This document shows, in pieces, positions 15,001 through 24,400 of a DNA stretch of 64,000 nt; the stretch's first letter is position 1; each line of letters opens with the position of its first letter. Position numbers and translations under genes: made by a program. The notes beneath the pieces were generated by a model. That model was not told the DNA's origin. It was given only the letters and a program-made list of their open reading frames with translations, and made no database searches. The DNA comes from Candidatus Heimdallarchaeum endolithica (GTDB lineage Archaea > Asgardarchaeota > Heimdallarchaeia > Heimdallarchaeales > Heimdallarchaeaceae), in assembly GCA_021513715.1 (NCBI GenBank), contig CP084167.1, positions 2,208,001-2,272,000 on the forward strand, given 5' to 3'.

Positions 15001-15484
15001 TATCTCCAAAAACATACATGGATAAATCTAAATCTAGTTCAGTTGAACTTTCTAACATTGATCTAGTGATAGTATACAAAACTCTAGAATTATTCGCGTC
15101 TAATAATTGTATTTTAGAAGAATAAGACAGATAAGTAGTTTGTATATTTTTAATAGATATTTTTGGGGCCATCTCACTTCCCCAGATGAGTTCGAACTTT
15201 TCACTTACTGCTATTTGTCCTTCTGAAACTTCTAGCACCCATCCATCTGTGTCAAGAACGAATTTCCTGTGTCCCCCATGCCATAAGGGAAGAGTAGAGT
15301 TGCTGAAATCGTCATAGAAGAAAGTGTAATCGGAGTCTCCCTTTATAGGAGTAGTAAACATGGTAATACCTTGAAAAATAGTAATAAGTATAATACCAAG
15401 AACAATAAATTTGATTTTTTTATTGTTAATATTTTTCAAATTGCTTAATAGATCAAATTTGTTAGAATGTATTTTTTTAGACAT
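1..15484 (-). CDS. Giant secreted/surface protein, >5,160 aa, 3'-truncated by the window edge; C-terminal region carries PD-(D/E)xK-like motifs
   Basis: ATG at 15484 overlaps the upstream TAA (TAATG) and follows GGAGGT. Manual translation begins MSKKIHSNKFDLLSNLKNINNKKIKFIVLGIILITIFQGITMFTTPIKGDSD (signal peptide). The frame was open in every segment I translated, down to ...GRIDYLVTAEGLKGLFGETK at position 2, and its absence from the ORF track fits having no in-window stop. Dx[DN]xDG-type motifs: DLDGDGITD (~12920), NPDTNGDGKSD (~11890), DKNRNGLIDGDE (~10920). Confidence 0.9.
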   Translation of the reverse strand, partial: MSKKIHSNKFDLLSNLKNINNKKIKFIVLGIILITIFQGITMFTTPIKGDSDYTFFYDDFSNSTLPLWHGGHRKFVLDTDGWVLEVSEGQIAVSEKFELIWGSEMAPKISIKNIQTTYLSYSSKIQLLDANNSRVLYTITRSMLESSTELDLDLSMYVFGDTTSMKIKIYGKVRIGEIKVYTRKLYYHNFLLDGTFNNDNDSNIVTLYAFNSFESDAVYIPNVPVVTLDYNGFMISPIEENNHTIYFTVKYCYVDYYGNVREVIISESWDDGTIDEDLLFDSTDLEGLRGKTIWFKFEFEIDYGHEETNPIEIYFSELSIKTFYYTGMHNKVINPTEYLAKNPRSKTIVTDMYGSDVLALSTDRDGYVASYLTEITESIFHDTLNEETINSSYYSDENILSSNLVSYDDTVVMHDSCRIIKNDSEVAEFQIHTSMIIEKKGIVSGIGIYGYMADVEFGIGYILEVNDGEKSYFYPALVIYKDGVITKIEKIDDFTLNESVSFGVKSLKGLRAYQVSINSQDLIINMPTLYGFHGDVGIFSVFDNVVAKQSGGATVKFDYLSLDAPDYEKANRLLIVAHSYQDVMVELYMTTYGLNGVPKLELIGEKLLKKGIIEYLAFPTTLYMYNYIHIFVKGYNQETQTYEPLKTPFELFSIEWSGVHAFGEVVNAYDYYSKSEYSHVEEGNLVLNDVDNQYFIASYDMEILEPCLLKVKAKSQGTFPNTQIDVYIRRLNAPETFTFYGTISWTEHGSKDFYSHSLYLDLIPGNYEVRLERHYSLEVTPEVIEIQSLMTAPIGFSANALEDASGLNLGDDGWSYNFYDEETSENLSFDDQWYETYGYTLFSPSLINEDLDGDGITDVVSDYEFIDAEYKIVGNNLVAFNGEVKIPNVNVDLTQFKYMRLTIYSLKENYTLVYPPLNISVSVDFNIINSEDNIIPATSTITKEFVSTKERVITFNIENIADTTGIQGGNVLKDITFRSADFMVIKNIIIYKIDMSEGTIDFSIPREKTHSVPFLSDSRLVASIKNNIQSYLDTPVSLYTNPYLYTLIDPELQPSFTNDPNDNPLTPWYVNTLPENAPEGLDKTSFRVNPQSRLFTLSSVLTNLDIYFQISNSSIEDIWKKVKPVDNTTINPEGITLLEYSLRMFDSQAYKDPSKILDNTKIIVKFYPYNQTFVRNKGYDYIGFLKVFLVFPSNPDTNGDGKSDMVTYGWNQTIYSDKDITEKWTDPSSTLTPSFSYEDLSGEHCVLLGSRIDVRDYETLVLSVHFGQTEELKRDYTDDFEADYDAFFVTLKNVNDEKGKLVFYSTDSLPSYAKSYLSIYGLPTTWAIEWKPELLVEEYNAYCLFYGTPYLLENKDIFVANYPLKVDFTDPEIYKFRKGEYLFIPNNSNLTRTFASKKISRYGLSSPFYVLGKISFYNNTDDSSPIIAKDLTFNDYQNIKYNFDYNGKITRYDLQINHTQYLTNLNGQELYSCIDYLWWDEFKAIDTASYLFGHGESPDERWVVPSSGLWFENDWVDKNRNGLIDGDEGIRVNPLTHVSPFASYNGLIFSVDSYSNMEFSHAENLRWQMFDDEDHDGTQESLEVWPHITPVEPHQTGTTIDYNSYTLPFGETWVRIPKYELYDFDDFNSAFIFRYPAMLRQNSITYTEYFSESGTETYDDDNIFTNEMMIFDQYNSLPIFYSGTYLGNKNLFEFDVKIDSWSVEDLWEQGYFSINSDNRINEEERLAFYKTIPIFLPSHDSNHPKVLRIFVYYDSGNYFDGYGDLDNEVVDFQPYYHVYIGRSSLGAFRNIEDLTLHFNIYMEEISEDSYKYIITLSHDGYNKYYYEPMYLQQQTYINSWMEDGDGDDYRHIITWDNSDPLTEGGISDSAYTFTLIEGENDEYVGSGIYENGSICEDYTKEYAIPEENLALYYSGHKIIEFENRFYLNSSYYTHTFSLLPPNCFGFGLNDLGISIGDVFIHTLAENEKSSVIKKAEDYSNSSWINDGERIIIQPESKTLLDRVIKAGSATVIEFSPYILGAITEEDFVDLGVFQQSNYEYVLRFKLSSVSENRFEVGVFRKIIGANEEQIGTWVPIPVDLGYNSLYQQFYMRVRIEESYIEFDLWKELDRESDMLTFTVPTFSTLQECELVFQTGELTGLTMEGIHSSSFHHVKETVEGMEEDFYLGEGTLGDYYIQPPIDNILEVSGEVKLSTTVDSVLGENLPVDFALDIKPTLYTKLSLSVFGCYYSGIKDYTVGSILIEGKKLRFSYGEDVSSSMTYSDGYFVNHTFSLDEWNRIYFRYVNNSYLSFDETLNATYTVEIYELLIYINGEMYNVTLDEPLTYYPHFTFEIHSRAGLTEIDDLYFGGIEEDFDDDQIDEKIVKEEDLSGATSIKNKLLKKVVITVFGCTVYDIYSEVSVTVTDQHRTSETQTLKWEQISSSLERRKYTYTFETEFDYKKPLRITLTSKRISAIFHLMIENEQHASSFLYVPQVNDYESAKYVPVKYTGGQQIVHDQELQQKVTKFSLPIGGYLPLPDKRENFVLEGFAKGKGNITFDTPFFLTDIHTNERYPVLLTLNFGMNDSERDTGAYSYDSQSNLFTVTLTCTKEEGKWSYFRIDLFQLILYIKKTDTYPASFDLSEYETYADYGYGGFSTEKQKVEFTVTPDTTFYLTEFRVYNNLVAGRYPYAGARVSAVNKDTQSFVGELKWQQYNVSLDGWINLDEVFVYHEFIDNQTHITYDLVLYLTSDFTSSKVFFEIETNGIFVLSTGFATIMKKQELGMGSSTRFFTPQTELTPLFLHLIFPVYSFPKKIRISYMSDGIVQLNAGENNNRIREWLVSNAYYNDGESTAAITHLLSRTMPLEGETFLLNNEERFVFEKISLEDEYGVFSLGELPYSVHAGQQVALVTCVDFTQDINESELIIAFTHETIVIKQLMIDGIPLVMDNEAMWNEITFYGDKLLIPLNSEGLNRKTEPWEVYGDIRDNREVALWAGVAKGEVNESSVLDHYSSPPSTIFLNKKGIHQISLILERVSEENAFFGAIIEPCWDLIHNFVEPDEVHVDYSNVLAKNTIRFNNQLEVDFTRKKSDTKTFAYSKMQTIDTIPLNPYNVYKGGFYVDSYGTYHHWRVYFTGISGVEELYKGKKWYDEEGNLITPTNGTKYNWKFLLFQMNYAIVLDKGTSHSFVQPFSFLVGMYSFVEYWYFQDRNNNSQYDPGIDSEWIPKLYDGFGVPDIEDCSIIPGANETLVDPVTSAYRYGVPTSSRDKIHLETVAGLSLDLSSQYNSSLNVDISEARSISIDLEKEEEKETLTFIDPLNSTDFKLTKDYLIENTLDYNNNLTQTYALRTTVQFDNFELEMYRPKIDSSYLYLTEKNETYSRNYIYDEQSHTLYTYHTDLVSKESYGLEMVNTRGRVYAYNTNAMFGLPSANQIDNCEFVREWINETTERTIGEGLATPEVWTNTNILPSLYGNVKNDFISSFQIAIAYLHQNIMLVDMDLPTDVVSLTIFDEILGADYTWEDIPAEFYDENGTLIYDVSAGIIEFAIHSSDILTYFTTSYPLTFWDRTKELKGWSKFTMGVKSFLLPLKQMFSIFFRSGGLIKGLFGNWRGNDGDDSVLSEEDYRGWKSTFILLWGLMLGTTRGAGLAKGEIFDTSEKTKSLLCINDYWDWYLDSILVKNEPELKPRDGSEPSKYLPLVPDYEMEEILQDWAKSGNWKMIDWMTNEEYTPEHYNMNKRDAYMYYHFKEQLMKYGPYSIKVYSVQEAYSDGHEDFDDGYFIIAVPSLTDSGDYDWYVSLDYFHYFNGKKTKLSDFEALAFWEMLVNTFSVTALLADIRDSVCAPDAFVRAMALSQIPMDIINIICFFAPTPTQSPTKDLLNSMTKASRITTKTTKGFIRFISNVGSFAERRIIKFITKRNKFLSLLDSGGKIALTLRLLKYVNTFAQITIFLPQKLLLLTYSAPLMGINTIVKEAAELFSKATDIDVVAAFVLRKWVNNELLSGKPIKAQELVELMLKSRVTAQLIMQNTQNLIMEAPLKYLSLSYITALNVQNEGVYPVYSVTPEGTKIDKIQDLKTTGAGIIDSKLSFKESLDLLDHFNVFEAIKSEGICLVRNSFVDWDKTIENVKEMKRKLNPTITEKELEEITEKTIKELKRTHSRSPEFFIRYVELPDRLAGIINKEELLDIFSENLDVKFFNWLKENGYGQSLLVKLFDPTTDGTEEFTYHSQLKSVIPLFTLLQRMFLYKELTQKLFENIKEKESTSTTKVAAEKSINILKELLRKTDKILYNTLDSKNPFISIKESLKEGEKKPFNVNLKNTILKSTIELINPQDKIAENYVGIDLITTGGNFVELKYLSNNDLQTSFTHKGKYNFAYYLTAGLLDNFPLAYDYTNKEAYLTSKLLNHIIKKEVDYRPRNIASNTGIFSTLLGVVNYLFCGQTNKITTDEMAMAMLGYKISYHASTGYSTLLDYVQVVDKKNNDITAKGKYLQFQPIKSTERLKIAVRGILNVIDTNSLNEKFRTDFGENAKAYFITSHTKGYVIVFYTTIENGQEKVVSKAEYLDCFNSEYAKDEKSVRIIKTDYIPTEHIKYTLKVDENRITEIEKSEPINYKLYSFDGKEIELKNGIGLDTWARIRVVIEKNNELIPVLILQDRDGKIIKDSKGEMIYWPINSKLNGKNALTGKEQQIVNLAQQLNNIQEVSTYDTFTILEKNLKLSKAEIWKAISDNALYFSKFLKNKNVLALEMDINKDGKIIIDKRPMNVNDAVEEMKKYLEVINRMDDKAEIEKAKEEDYQIVEQLAKILFTSEAKIDEELMIKLRNEINERIIELKRLKEMASLFNPKERINKMVNSFLIVNNVNSPISPAEVNNKLAQILENVLTPIGYYEAFKDQLTEEEINIFTTGRKEYNYEIDVVETLLVEDDDLLAQLTKKNPGIKSQIVRYTANNEGRSVKIKSKISELVTLMRNVDKIVLDKNMEFLINENGYIRAIIEKIILETKLGKWYNKENSGELEGEKIDYKTYKEQLEIVRSKLKSIFGERVYIPEVTEDTRSLYMVFLIRLKENKVNNYRFVEIIQTKKLSKRTKDDYTICISFHGGEKGTRKVLKIMNEIIDKEMKKVAEINQELYNKHYKEMLEKIKGIIGEIQTGDTINLQKDITKYGRIDYLVTAEGLKGLFGETK

Positions 15485-18400
15485 TATTTTTTACCTCCAA
15501 AAGATTTGAAAAAATGACTGAATTTTCTTCCCCTAGTTTGAGAAAGAGTAGACCAATTACTGGTCAAGAAAAACTTTGCTTTTAACAATAATTTTGGTTT
15601 TTTTATTATTATTAGAGTAATTGTTACTAATAACAAACTTCCGCTAACCAATAAAGGTAATAAAAGCGAATATTTTTGTGAAGAAGACAGGTTAACTATA
15701 ATTCTGTATATTTCACTTACTTGTTCGTTAAGATTCTTATCTCTTGCTATTATTTGAATATAGTAACCAGGAGAGTTTTTAGCTTTAAATCCGATTAGGA
15801 AGAAGGAAGAAAGCATTTCTTTCATATTTTTAGTTTTGATTACTTTCCATCCTTTTTCTGTAGGAGATAAGAAGAGTATTTTTATTTCTTTGATGTTTTT
15901 ATCGACTATTTTGGCGTTGATAGTTATTTGTTCTCCTACACTATAATAATCCGCATAAACTACCTTTACTATCTTTGGTTTGGTTAGATCACTAATATAT
16001 AATGAATAATCTTCTGATGACCATATTCTTCCGAACCAGTTCTCAATTGTAAACATATACTCAAGGGTATCTATTTCGTAACTATCTATAAGCGAAGAAA
16101 GAGGTAAGATGTATGTTTTTCCTTCCTCATCCAAAGGAGTGAGAATAAGCTTACGAGTAGTATATTGATCTACTTTCAAAATGATAAAGGGTCGATAGTT
16201 CTCTGAAGCAAAAGCTTTGTTGAATTTAACAGTTAAGGTTTTTCTACTTTCATTAAATTCTATTTCTTCTACTTTAAGCTCTAAATCCATTGCTCCGAAT
16301 AGACCCTTGTATTCTACATATTTCCAACTACTCCAAGAACTATATTGTCCATAATCATTTCTTACACGGTACTTGAAGTATACCCTTTCTCCTATTCTAT
16401 CTCCTCCAGTTAATTGCTTTTGCCAATAACCATCTCTTGCTGTCCCTGAGTATCGAGATATACCTGAACTCGTTGTGGTATAACTTGAAGTGGTAGGGCC
16501 ATATCTTATTTGGATATAATTGATATTATCAGTGCTACATTTAGCATGTACCCTCGCATAAAAGAGGTCGTTCATAGTTCTATCATTATAACCATAAGCC
16601 CAGACACTTATTATACTAGGAGCGTAATGGACTTCATTTACTTGTAAATAGAAAGCTGAAGAAGTTTGAACATTTCCTGCTTTATCATATGCTACTGCTC
16701 TCCATTCTATCAATTTTCCTGAATAACTGCTATCAGGAACAAAATATACTTGGTAAGTGTTACCAGAGTAATGTGAAATGCTATGGTATACCCAGTTTCC
16801 TGAAGGATCTTTATGTTTAATATAACAAACACGATTAGGTGGAGTACCCGCAAGATCCAATCCACTTGCTAAACTAGAAAGGTCGCTGAAATCTGCACGT
16901 ATATATGTGCTATGTCCTACATCTATTGTATTTCCTGAACTACTAATGGGTTTGGTAACGGAAGGTTTGATGTTATCAATAACTGTAAATGCATCGTTCC
17001 AAGTGTATGAACCCGAGTGCCCATGTGCATCCGTGTAAGTGAATTTAACATCCCATGCCCCACTGTACCATTTGAGATTGGAAAGAGTAAAAGTGGGTGT
17101 TTTAGTATCTTCAGGAGTAGTAGTAATTGTACCATAGACATAGTTAGTAAAACTACTTTCCCCAGGATGTTTGTAGTAGCACTTATATTTTGTATACAGG
17201 GTGGATACACCTCCATCATCAAAAACGTTGATACTAAGTTCAATTGTTGAGCCATATACTGGAGTAGAGTCGTCTACCGAAGGATTGGATCCAGAAGGAT
17301 TAGTAGCATCGACCGAAACTGTAAAGCTATCAGTAATTTCAACTAGATTAATACCATCTGAAGCAGTAATAGTAATCGAAAAAGTATCTTCGTAGTTTAA
17401 TATAGCATTATCAATATAGGAATAGAACTCGTCTTCGAGTGATCCAGAATGAACAGTTCGATAATGAGCTGTTCCTTCTCCATTTTCCTTATAACTGAAA
17501 GTAACCATACTAGGTTCGATATTTACATAATTATCAGAAATAAAGTAAGATATTTTTAAATCATAGGCTTCATTGTTACTTACACCATTAGGGGGAGTAA
17601 AATCAATCGTGGGAGGAGTTTTATCTGATACAATATAATCAAAACTGTAAGTTGCTGAATTACCCGCTTCATCAGTTCCTTTAACTTCAACTATGTATGT
17701 TCCAGTAGTAATTTGTCCAGGTATGGTAATAGAATAATAATTATCTTCTAATAAAGTTCCATCTGTTTGCCATGTCGTCCAATCATCGTTTTCATTTTTA
17801 TATCTATATTGATAATCCATGTAAGGATAAGGAGTTATCTCATCACTAATTTTACAATCAAAAGATAAATCTTCACCTACATCTTTAACAGCTCCATCAG
17901 GACTTTCTTTAAATACGATTCCAGAAGGTGGTTCCTTATCCACTGCATGTAAACTTACGGAATCAGTCCCAAAATATGTTCCTGTTTCATCACTCGCTCT
18001 AACTTCAATATTTATATACTCATCTATCCTATACTCCGTTTTAGGTATAGTGAAAGAGTAAGTACCACTTGAACCTGTTGCACTAGTCCATTCTGTATAA
18101 CTACCAGATTCAATAGAATAACGATATTGAGTATTGTAATCTCCATCTTCATGTTGAACAGAAAAAGTGATATCTATATCTGAAGCATAGTTAATCTCAT
18201 TGTTAGAATAACTAGATGTAATTGTGACAGTAGGAGAAGCTTGGTTAATTCTATATCCCAAACCCGTGTCGTCATTTATATCATCATTATTATCTAATCT
18301 ATATGTTGCTGTGTTTCCACAGTTATCTTGTAAAGTTATAGCTAATGCAACTTTATCCCCTATGTTAAAAATCGAACCATCTATATTTGCTACAATCATT

Positions 18401-21400
18401 TGCCATGAAGAATTAGTAGGATGAGGTTCTGTACCTACGACAGTTCCAGAATAAGACATATCTTGAGTAGGTTGACTGACATCGTCATATTTTATAGAAA
18501 CAACATTTGTTGAGGTTAATGTTGTTGTATCATCATATACTGGAATCTTTATTTGTGATGTGTCTTGATAAACAACTATTTGTGCATCAATTTCATCTGC
18601 TAAGGGGGGTAAATATTCAGTAATTAGAAAAGATAGGGGGTTATTTGTACCTTCTCCACTAACAGAGTTTATGATTAGTTTATTATTACTTTTTGTATTT
18701 TCATCATAGCCATCAAGAATAGAACAGTAAACATAAACATCAATATAGAAGTTTATTCCCACATAGCTAAGATCTAATTGGGGGAAGTCTCCTTCGTATA
18801 ATCCTGTCGAAGGGTTAAATGTATCAAATGTACTGGAAGAGAAGAGAACGTTATCTGAACTTCTTCTAAGATAAACAGTTATATATTCAAAAGTGTAAGG
18901 GGTAGAAAGGTCGACAGTAACTTTTGGAGGATTATAATAATCTACTTCTCCACCCTCTGTTACAACGGGGTTCGTAAGATGGACACTCAACAAGGAAGGA
19001 GAACCATCTTTTATTTGTGTATCATAGTAATATTGAGTTTGAACATTATCGTTAATATCTACAATTTTTGGTCTAATACGAATATAGTTTCCTACAATAA
19101 AATCCGCAGAATCAAATAAACTAGCTTCAATTGTAATATCGTAGGCTTTCCAGTATCTTTCTACCCATTGTCCGGTGGAATTGTAATCATCTAAATCAAA
19201 ATCAGCACAGATACCTATTGAAAAAGAGTAGATAGAACCCCAATTTGAGCCATCAGTTGAGAATTGTATCTCTACAACTGAAGAACAAAGATTGATTCCT
19301 GAAATATCAGTAGCTAAAATAACAATATGTGTCTTACCCTGATAAGTTATTGCAATGGAAGGATCGTATGGTTCTTGAATATCATTTGCCCCTGCCACAA
19401 TTGGGTTAAAGAGAATCCCTACTCCAGTCGGTATATTTGTCTTATAATCAGGAGCTCTTTTATCAACTAAATCAAAAGATTTACTAGTTATTGTCTCATA
19501 ACCATGTATATCTGAAGCTTTTACAATTATATTCAAAATCATGGGTGTTGGGTGAGAACCTTTAGGAATAATGAAGGAGAAGGTATAGATATTATCTATT
19601 CCTTGTATAAAAGTAGCTACTCCCCAATCAGACCACAAACCAGTATAATCTTGATACTTAAAGTGAACATCATTTTCACCTATCACATTATCATCTGTTG
19701 CCAAAATTTTGATATTTGTGTCAAAATCGTATCTAGAATCAGAAGAAGGATCATTTAAGAATAAAGATAAAGAAGGACCTTGAGCATCCGTAATATATTT
19801 TCTGATAGTAGTGTTAAGTATATTTACTCCATCGTCAATTGTAATATGAACAGCGTATTTAGAATTATCATCTAATATTTCATGCCATAAACTTGCATTA
19901 ACAGTCGTTTCAACAAAATAATGCGTATTGTTGACTTTTGTAATAGAAAGTTGGGGGAAAAGTTCATTTTGTTGAGTGGTAAAATCGGATAAGTCAGACC
20001 AAATACCGATTATTGTGTTGCTTGTATCTAATAAAGCTATATCTTCAATTACATAAAAGGATATATTTGTTCCATTAATAAAATTAGGAATGCTCTCTGG
20101 ATGAAAGTTTGCTATTTCAGGGGCATATTTGTCTGTTATTTTGAATTCAAGTTCAAAGGGGTCTTTAGAATATAAATCAACATAAACAATCCCTCCTTGA
20201 CCATCATCAACTTCAATTGTTTGTTTAGCAAATATTTCAAGTTTGACTTTATCACCCACATTTATTCTACTATCTCCGATATGATCTACTTCAAAAATGC
20301 ATTCTGTGCCTTCTATAACATTAGGATACGCAACTTCATTTATTATTTCGTTCCAATCTTCTCCAGCCCAAACAGAAACTCGTTTATATAAGTCAACAGG
20401 AAAAGCGCCATTGTAATGCTCGATAAAAGGTAAATTGCTAGAAGGATCATTAAGTAATTTTACTTTCAAATTATGAAAACCATGGATAGCATTTTCTACA
20501 CCTTCAAGCTTATGTCCAGAGATAATTTGAGGAGTAGATGACCATTCGAGTCTATTGTCTGCAAGAACAATATTCATACTATTAACAGTTCCTTCATTTC
20601 CGAACCTGTCTGTAGCTTTTACTTCACTTACAGAGTCAGGTCCAGTTCCTTCTGGAATATCTACTCTTGATCCTAAGCTATTATCCCAATAATCAATAAA
20701 TTCATCATTTGTACCTGCAATTAGAGTAATATCGTAGTAAAGCACATGGTCATAAATTCCATTATCTATTTCTTCAATAGTAATTGCTTTACACTCTAAT
20801 AAGAATAAATCTATCTTTGTTGCCCAATCTCCAAAAATGTATCTTCCTGGAGAACCAGTATTTCCTTCTCCTACTAAACTTATGGAGGGAACAAAAAAAT
20901 AGTTCAAATCATCCCACAACCAAACTGTTTCTTGAACAAACAAATCTATAAGAGCGAAAACGGTCAAATTACCGTTGTTGGAATTTATGTCATCTTCATA
21001 TGCTGCATCTCTAACTTTTGCAGAGAGTACTAGATCTCCTACATTAGGGTCTGGTTCTCCTCCTGCTTCTCCTTGTAAAGTTAACCAAGTTACCTCAGGC
21101 CCATAGGTATCTTTATAGTATATATCATAATATTGTGAGGAAATGGAATTTCCATAAACATCTTCAACAATGTATCTAAATTGTACATGCTCTGGAGCAA
21201 TAGAATTATATTTAGATTTTAAAAGTTCATAAATATTTACACTGCTATTCTTGTACTTTTTATATGCTGAACCAGAAACATAGTATTTTACAGGTTCTCC
21301 TCCTATCTCTTCAAGTTCCAAATGTAAGTCGGTTATAGAAACCAGCTCAAAATCCGGCGAAATATCAAATCTATCTACATTTATCTCTAAGTTAACACTT

Positions 21401-24400
21401 GATATATCATTTCTATCATTTACCAGAACTGATATTTCGTCTAAAGCACTATCATATGGAATCTCATTTCCCAAAGATCCAGGTTCTCCATGAAGATAAT
21501 CACTATAAGTATAACTTGTGTATAATCTAGGCTGAACTGAATCAGTAACATTAAAGTAAATGGTTTTGACTTGTTCATTATTATAGTAAGAAAGGTCAGA
21601 AGCCTTAATTTCAATAGCAATATAAGAAGCATAAGTTTGTATCCAATGTCCATTCTCATCAAGGACGAAATCGTTAACTGTAACAGAAGGAGTTATTGAG
21701 AAAGTATATCCTTCATTAATTATTCCTAAATCTGCAAGAATAGGAGATTCAATATACTTCTCGTTAAAGTGGTCATATTTTTGTGTATAAATATAATACT
21801 TTACACTCTTTAATTCTGCTCCTGAAATATCTGTTAAGCCTATCTCAAAATACCATGTTGTATCATCAGCACGAATATAGTCTCGACTATCTGGCATGCG
21901 AGGATAATCTATCCAGCAGTCTATCTGAGGAGGAGAAAAATCGTCTACTACTATTATCCGAGGTATCTCTGAACTATCTACATCTAATCTTAAGTCATAA
22001 AAAGAAACTTTGAAATTATAAGAAGACTGAACAACAGTCGAATTAATTTTGAAGACAATTTTGAAATTTTTAACCATCATATAATACTGTGAATTATCTT
22101 CTCCATAGGTATAATTTTCATCACTCCCCCATGAGAGAGGGATAGATAGGAGAGTACGATAATGTTTGATAGAATATAGAGTGATATCATCACTTTCATT
22201 ATATTTAAAGACTAATAGTTCTGTACCGTTAGTAGATGTAGCATAAATTTCATCTACATAAATATAGGAAATGTTAGTAGAAGTTGTATAGTTGAGTTCT
22301 GCATCAATAACTAAATCGCTTATTCTATCACTCAAAATATATGGAATGTTATTAGTTTCTTCAAAATCATTTGTTTGTAGTGTAATATAATTTGTAGTAA
22401 GCATTGTAGAGTAAGAATGACGATTATACCTGGTACTATAAGAATAAGATAAATTGTTACTGAATGGACTTTCGCTTTTCTTCATCCAGCCCTCATAATA
22501 TTGTGGTAGTTGGAAAAGAATGTATCCAGTACCGTTGTTATCCACGTTCTTTGTAGCAGAAATATGATAATGAAGATTAGAATAACTTGAAGCGGTGGAA
22601 ACACTTTTTTCATTATCAAAAATGTACCAATCAATCGTGTTGGGATTTACTGAAATAGAACGATGAATAAGATTATTATAATCATTTAACAATTCTATTA
22701 TGATATTTGTCTGTATTAATGTTCCATTATAGAAGTATTCTGTATTATTAACCCAACTAATTTTTGTTTCGCTTATTAATTCTCTCCAAATATTGTGTTG
22801 TTCCTTAAAATCTTGAACAGTTGTAGAATAGTAAGAACTTAATTCATTTAAGAAATAATTTTCAGTGCTATAATCTGTTCTTGAAGAATTTAATATAATC
22901 TCAAAGTCTAGCCCTTCAGGAAGGTTTACCAAGTCGTTAAGATCTATATCGATAACGGGAGCATTACATTCAGTATCAAAATAATAATCATTAATTATCT
23001 GTTTATTATTAGGCTTAATAAAGAAATCAACAAAATCAAAATATAGTTTTTCATGTAATTCTGGATAGACATATTCAGGTACTGAAGGATCAACCCATTC
23101 ATACAGGGGTTTGAGTAAATCGCCTGTTCTTTTATAGAAATCATCATATATTTTACCGTATAATGCAGAAAAAGACATATCTTTTATTTCAAAATGATTG
23201 AATTCGTCAAAAGTTATGAACATCCAGCTATATCTATTTTTATTATAAGTGTCAATTATTGTGCTATTAGACCATGTAATTGAGGAAAGATAATCCATCG
23301 GTGGCATCGTACTGTTTCCACTATCGATCAGCAATTTTTCCGAAGGAGTGAGACTTTCATAATATACATCATAAGCATCACATACCATTTCTTTAAGCTT
23401 ATAATGAATGCTTAAAGGATTAGTAGGAAAGGGTTCGAACCAACTTTCAGAATAGTGAGACATTAGATCCAAATATGGTTGTTCAAATTGCGGACCTGAA
23501 TAAGCTTGATAATCACTTATATTAGTTTCATAAAATTGAAGCATTAAACTTCCTTGATAGTCTATTGAGAATTTGGAAGCAAAGTAAAGAGGGTTATAAT
23601 ACCCATTTCTGAAATTTACAAAAGTAGGTAGAGAGAAAAGAAGAGCAATTCTTCGAGGTAAGGTTTTATCAAAAGGACTATCTTCTGGATAGGCAAAAGT
23701 CCGTAAATTCTTATCTTCATCAACGTATAAACAAGGTAATAACCTGTTTCTTGACGATTCCGTTGTATCTTTTGTTTCTTTGATAGCTATATAGTTCCAC
23801 TTTGTTATCTCAGGATTTATTGATAGTTCTTCTGTCACATTAGCCAAAAATTGGTCTATTTCAGTGGAAGTATAATATTCTGTTCCTTTATCATGAATGA
23901 AACGATACAAGTTTTGGAAATCGTCAAAATCTTGATGAGCTGACTGATCTATACTGTAAAATATTCCATAATTACGAATATTGTAAACGTCAAGATAATA
24001 ATTATATTTTGAATCACCATCTTGAACAAAAGACCATAGTCCACTTGTTTCATTATATTCTGTTTTAGGAACAACTTCTACAATTATATCTCTATATTCA
24101 TAATTACCATTTATTCCCATTTTTATTAGTCCAGGGTGAGTATAATACCCCGAAGCGACCGATTCATAGGAATTATAAGGTAATGAAATAGGTGCACTCA
24201 AATTGAAAGTATAAGGATAAACATTGTTTGTAGGTTTAACTGCCCATAATTGTATTTTCTCTATTGTATTGGTATCAAAATCTATTATTGTATCAACAAA
24301 ATTGTGGTAGAGGTTTAAAGGTATTTTAAGATAATGTACGGGTTTTGAAGTAAATAATGGCTCATTTTCACTTGTTACATTCAATTCATATTTCAGATGT

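Noticed and set aside
16923-22013. Small ORFs inside the 4,475-aa gene
   Set aside because: Fully overlapped by a long coding frame and carry no motifs.
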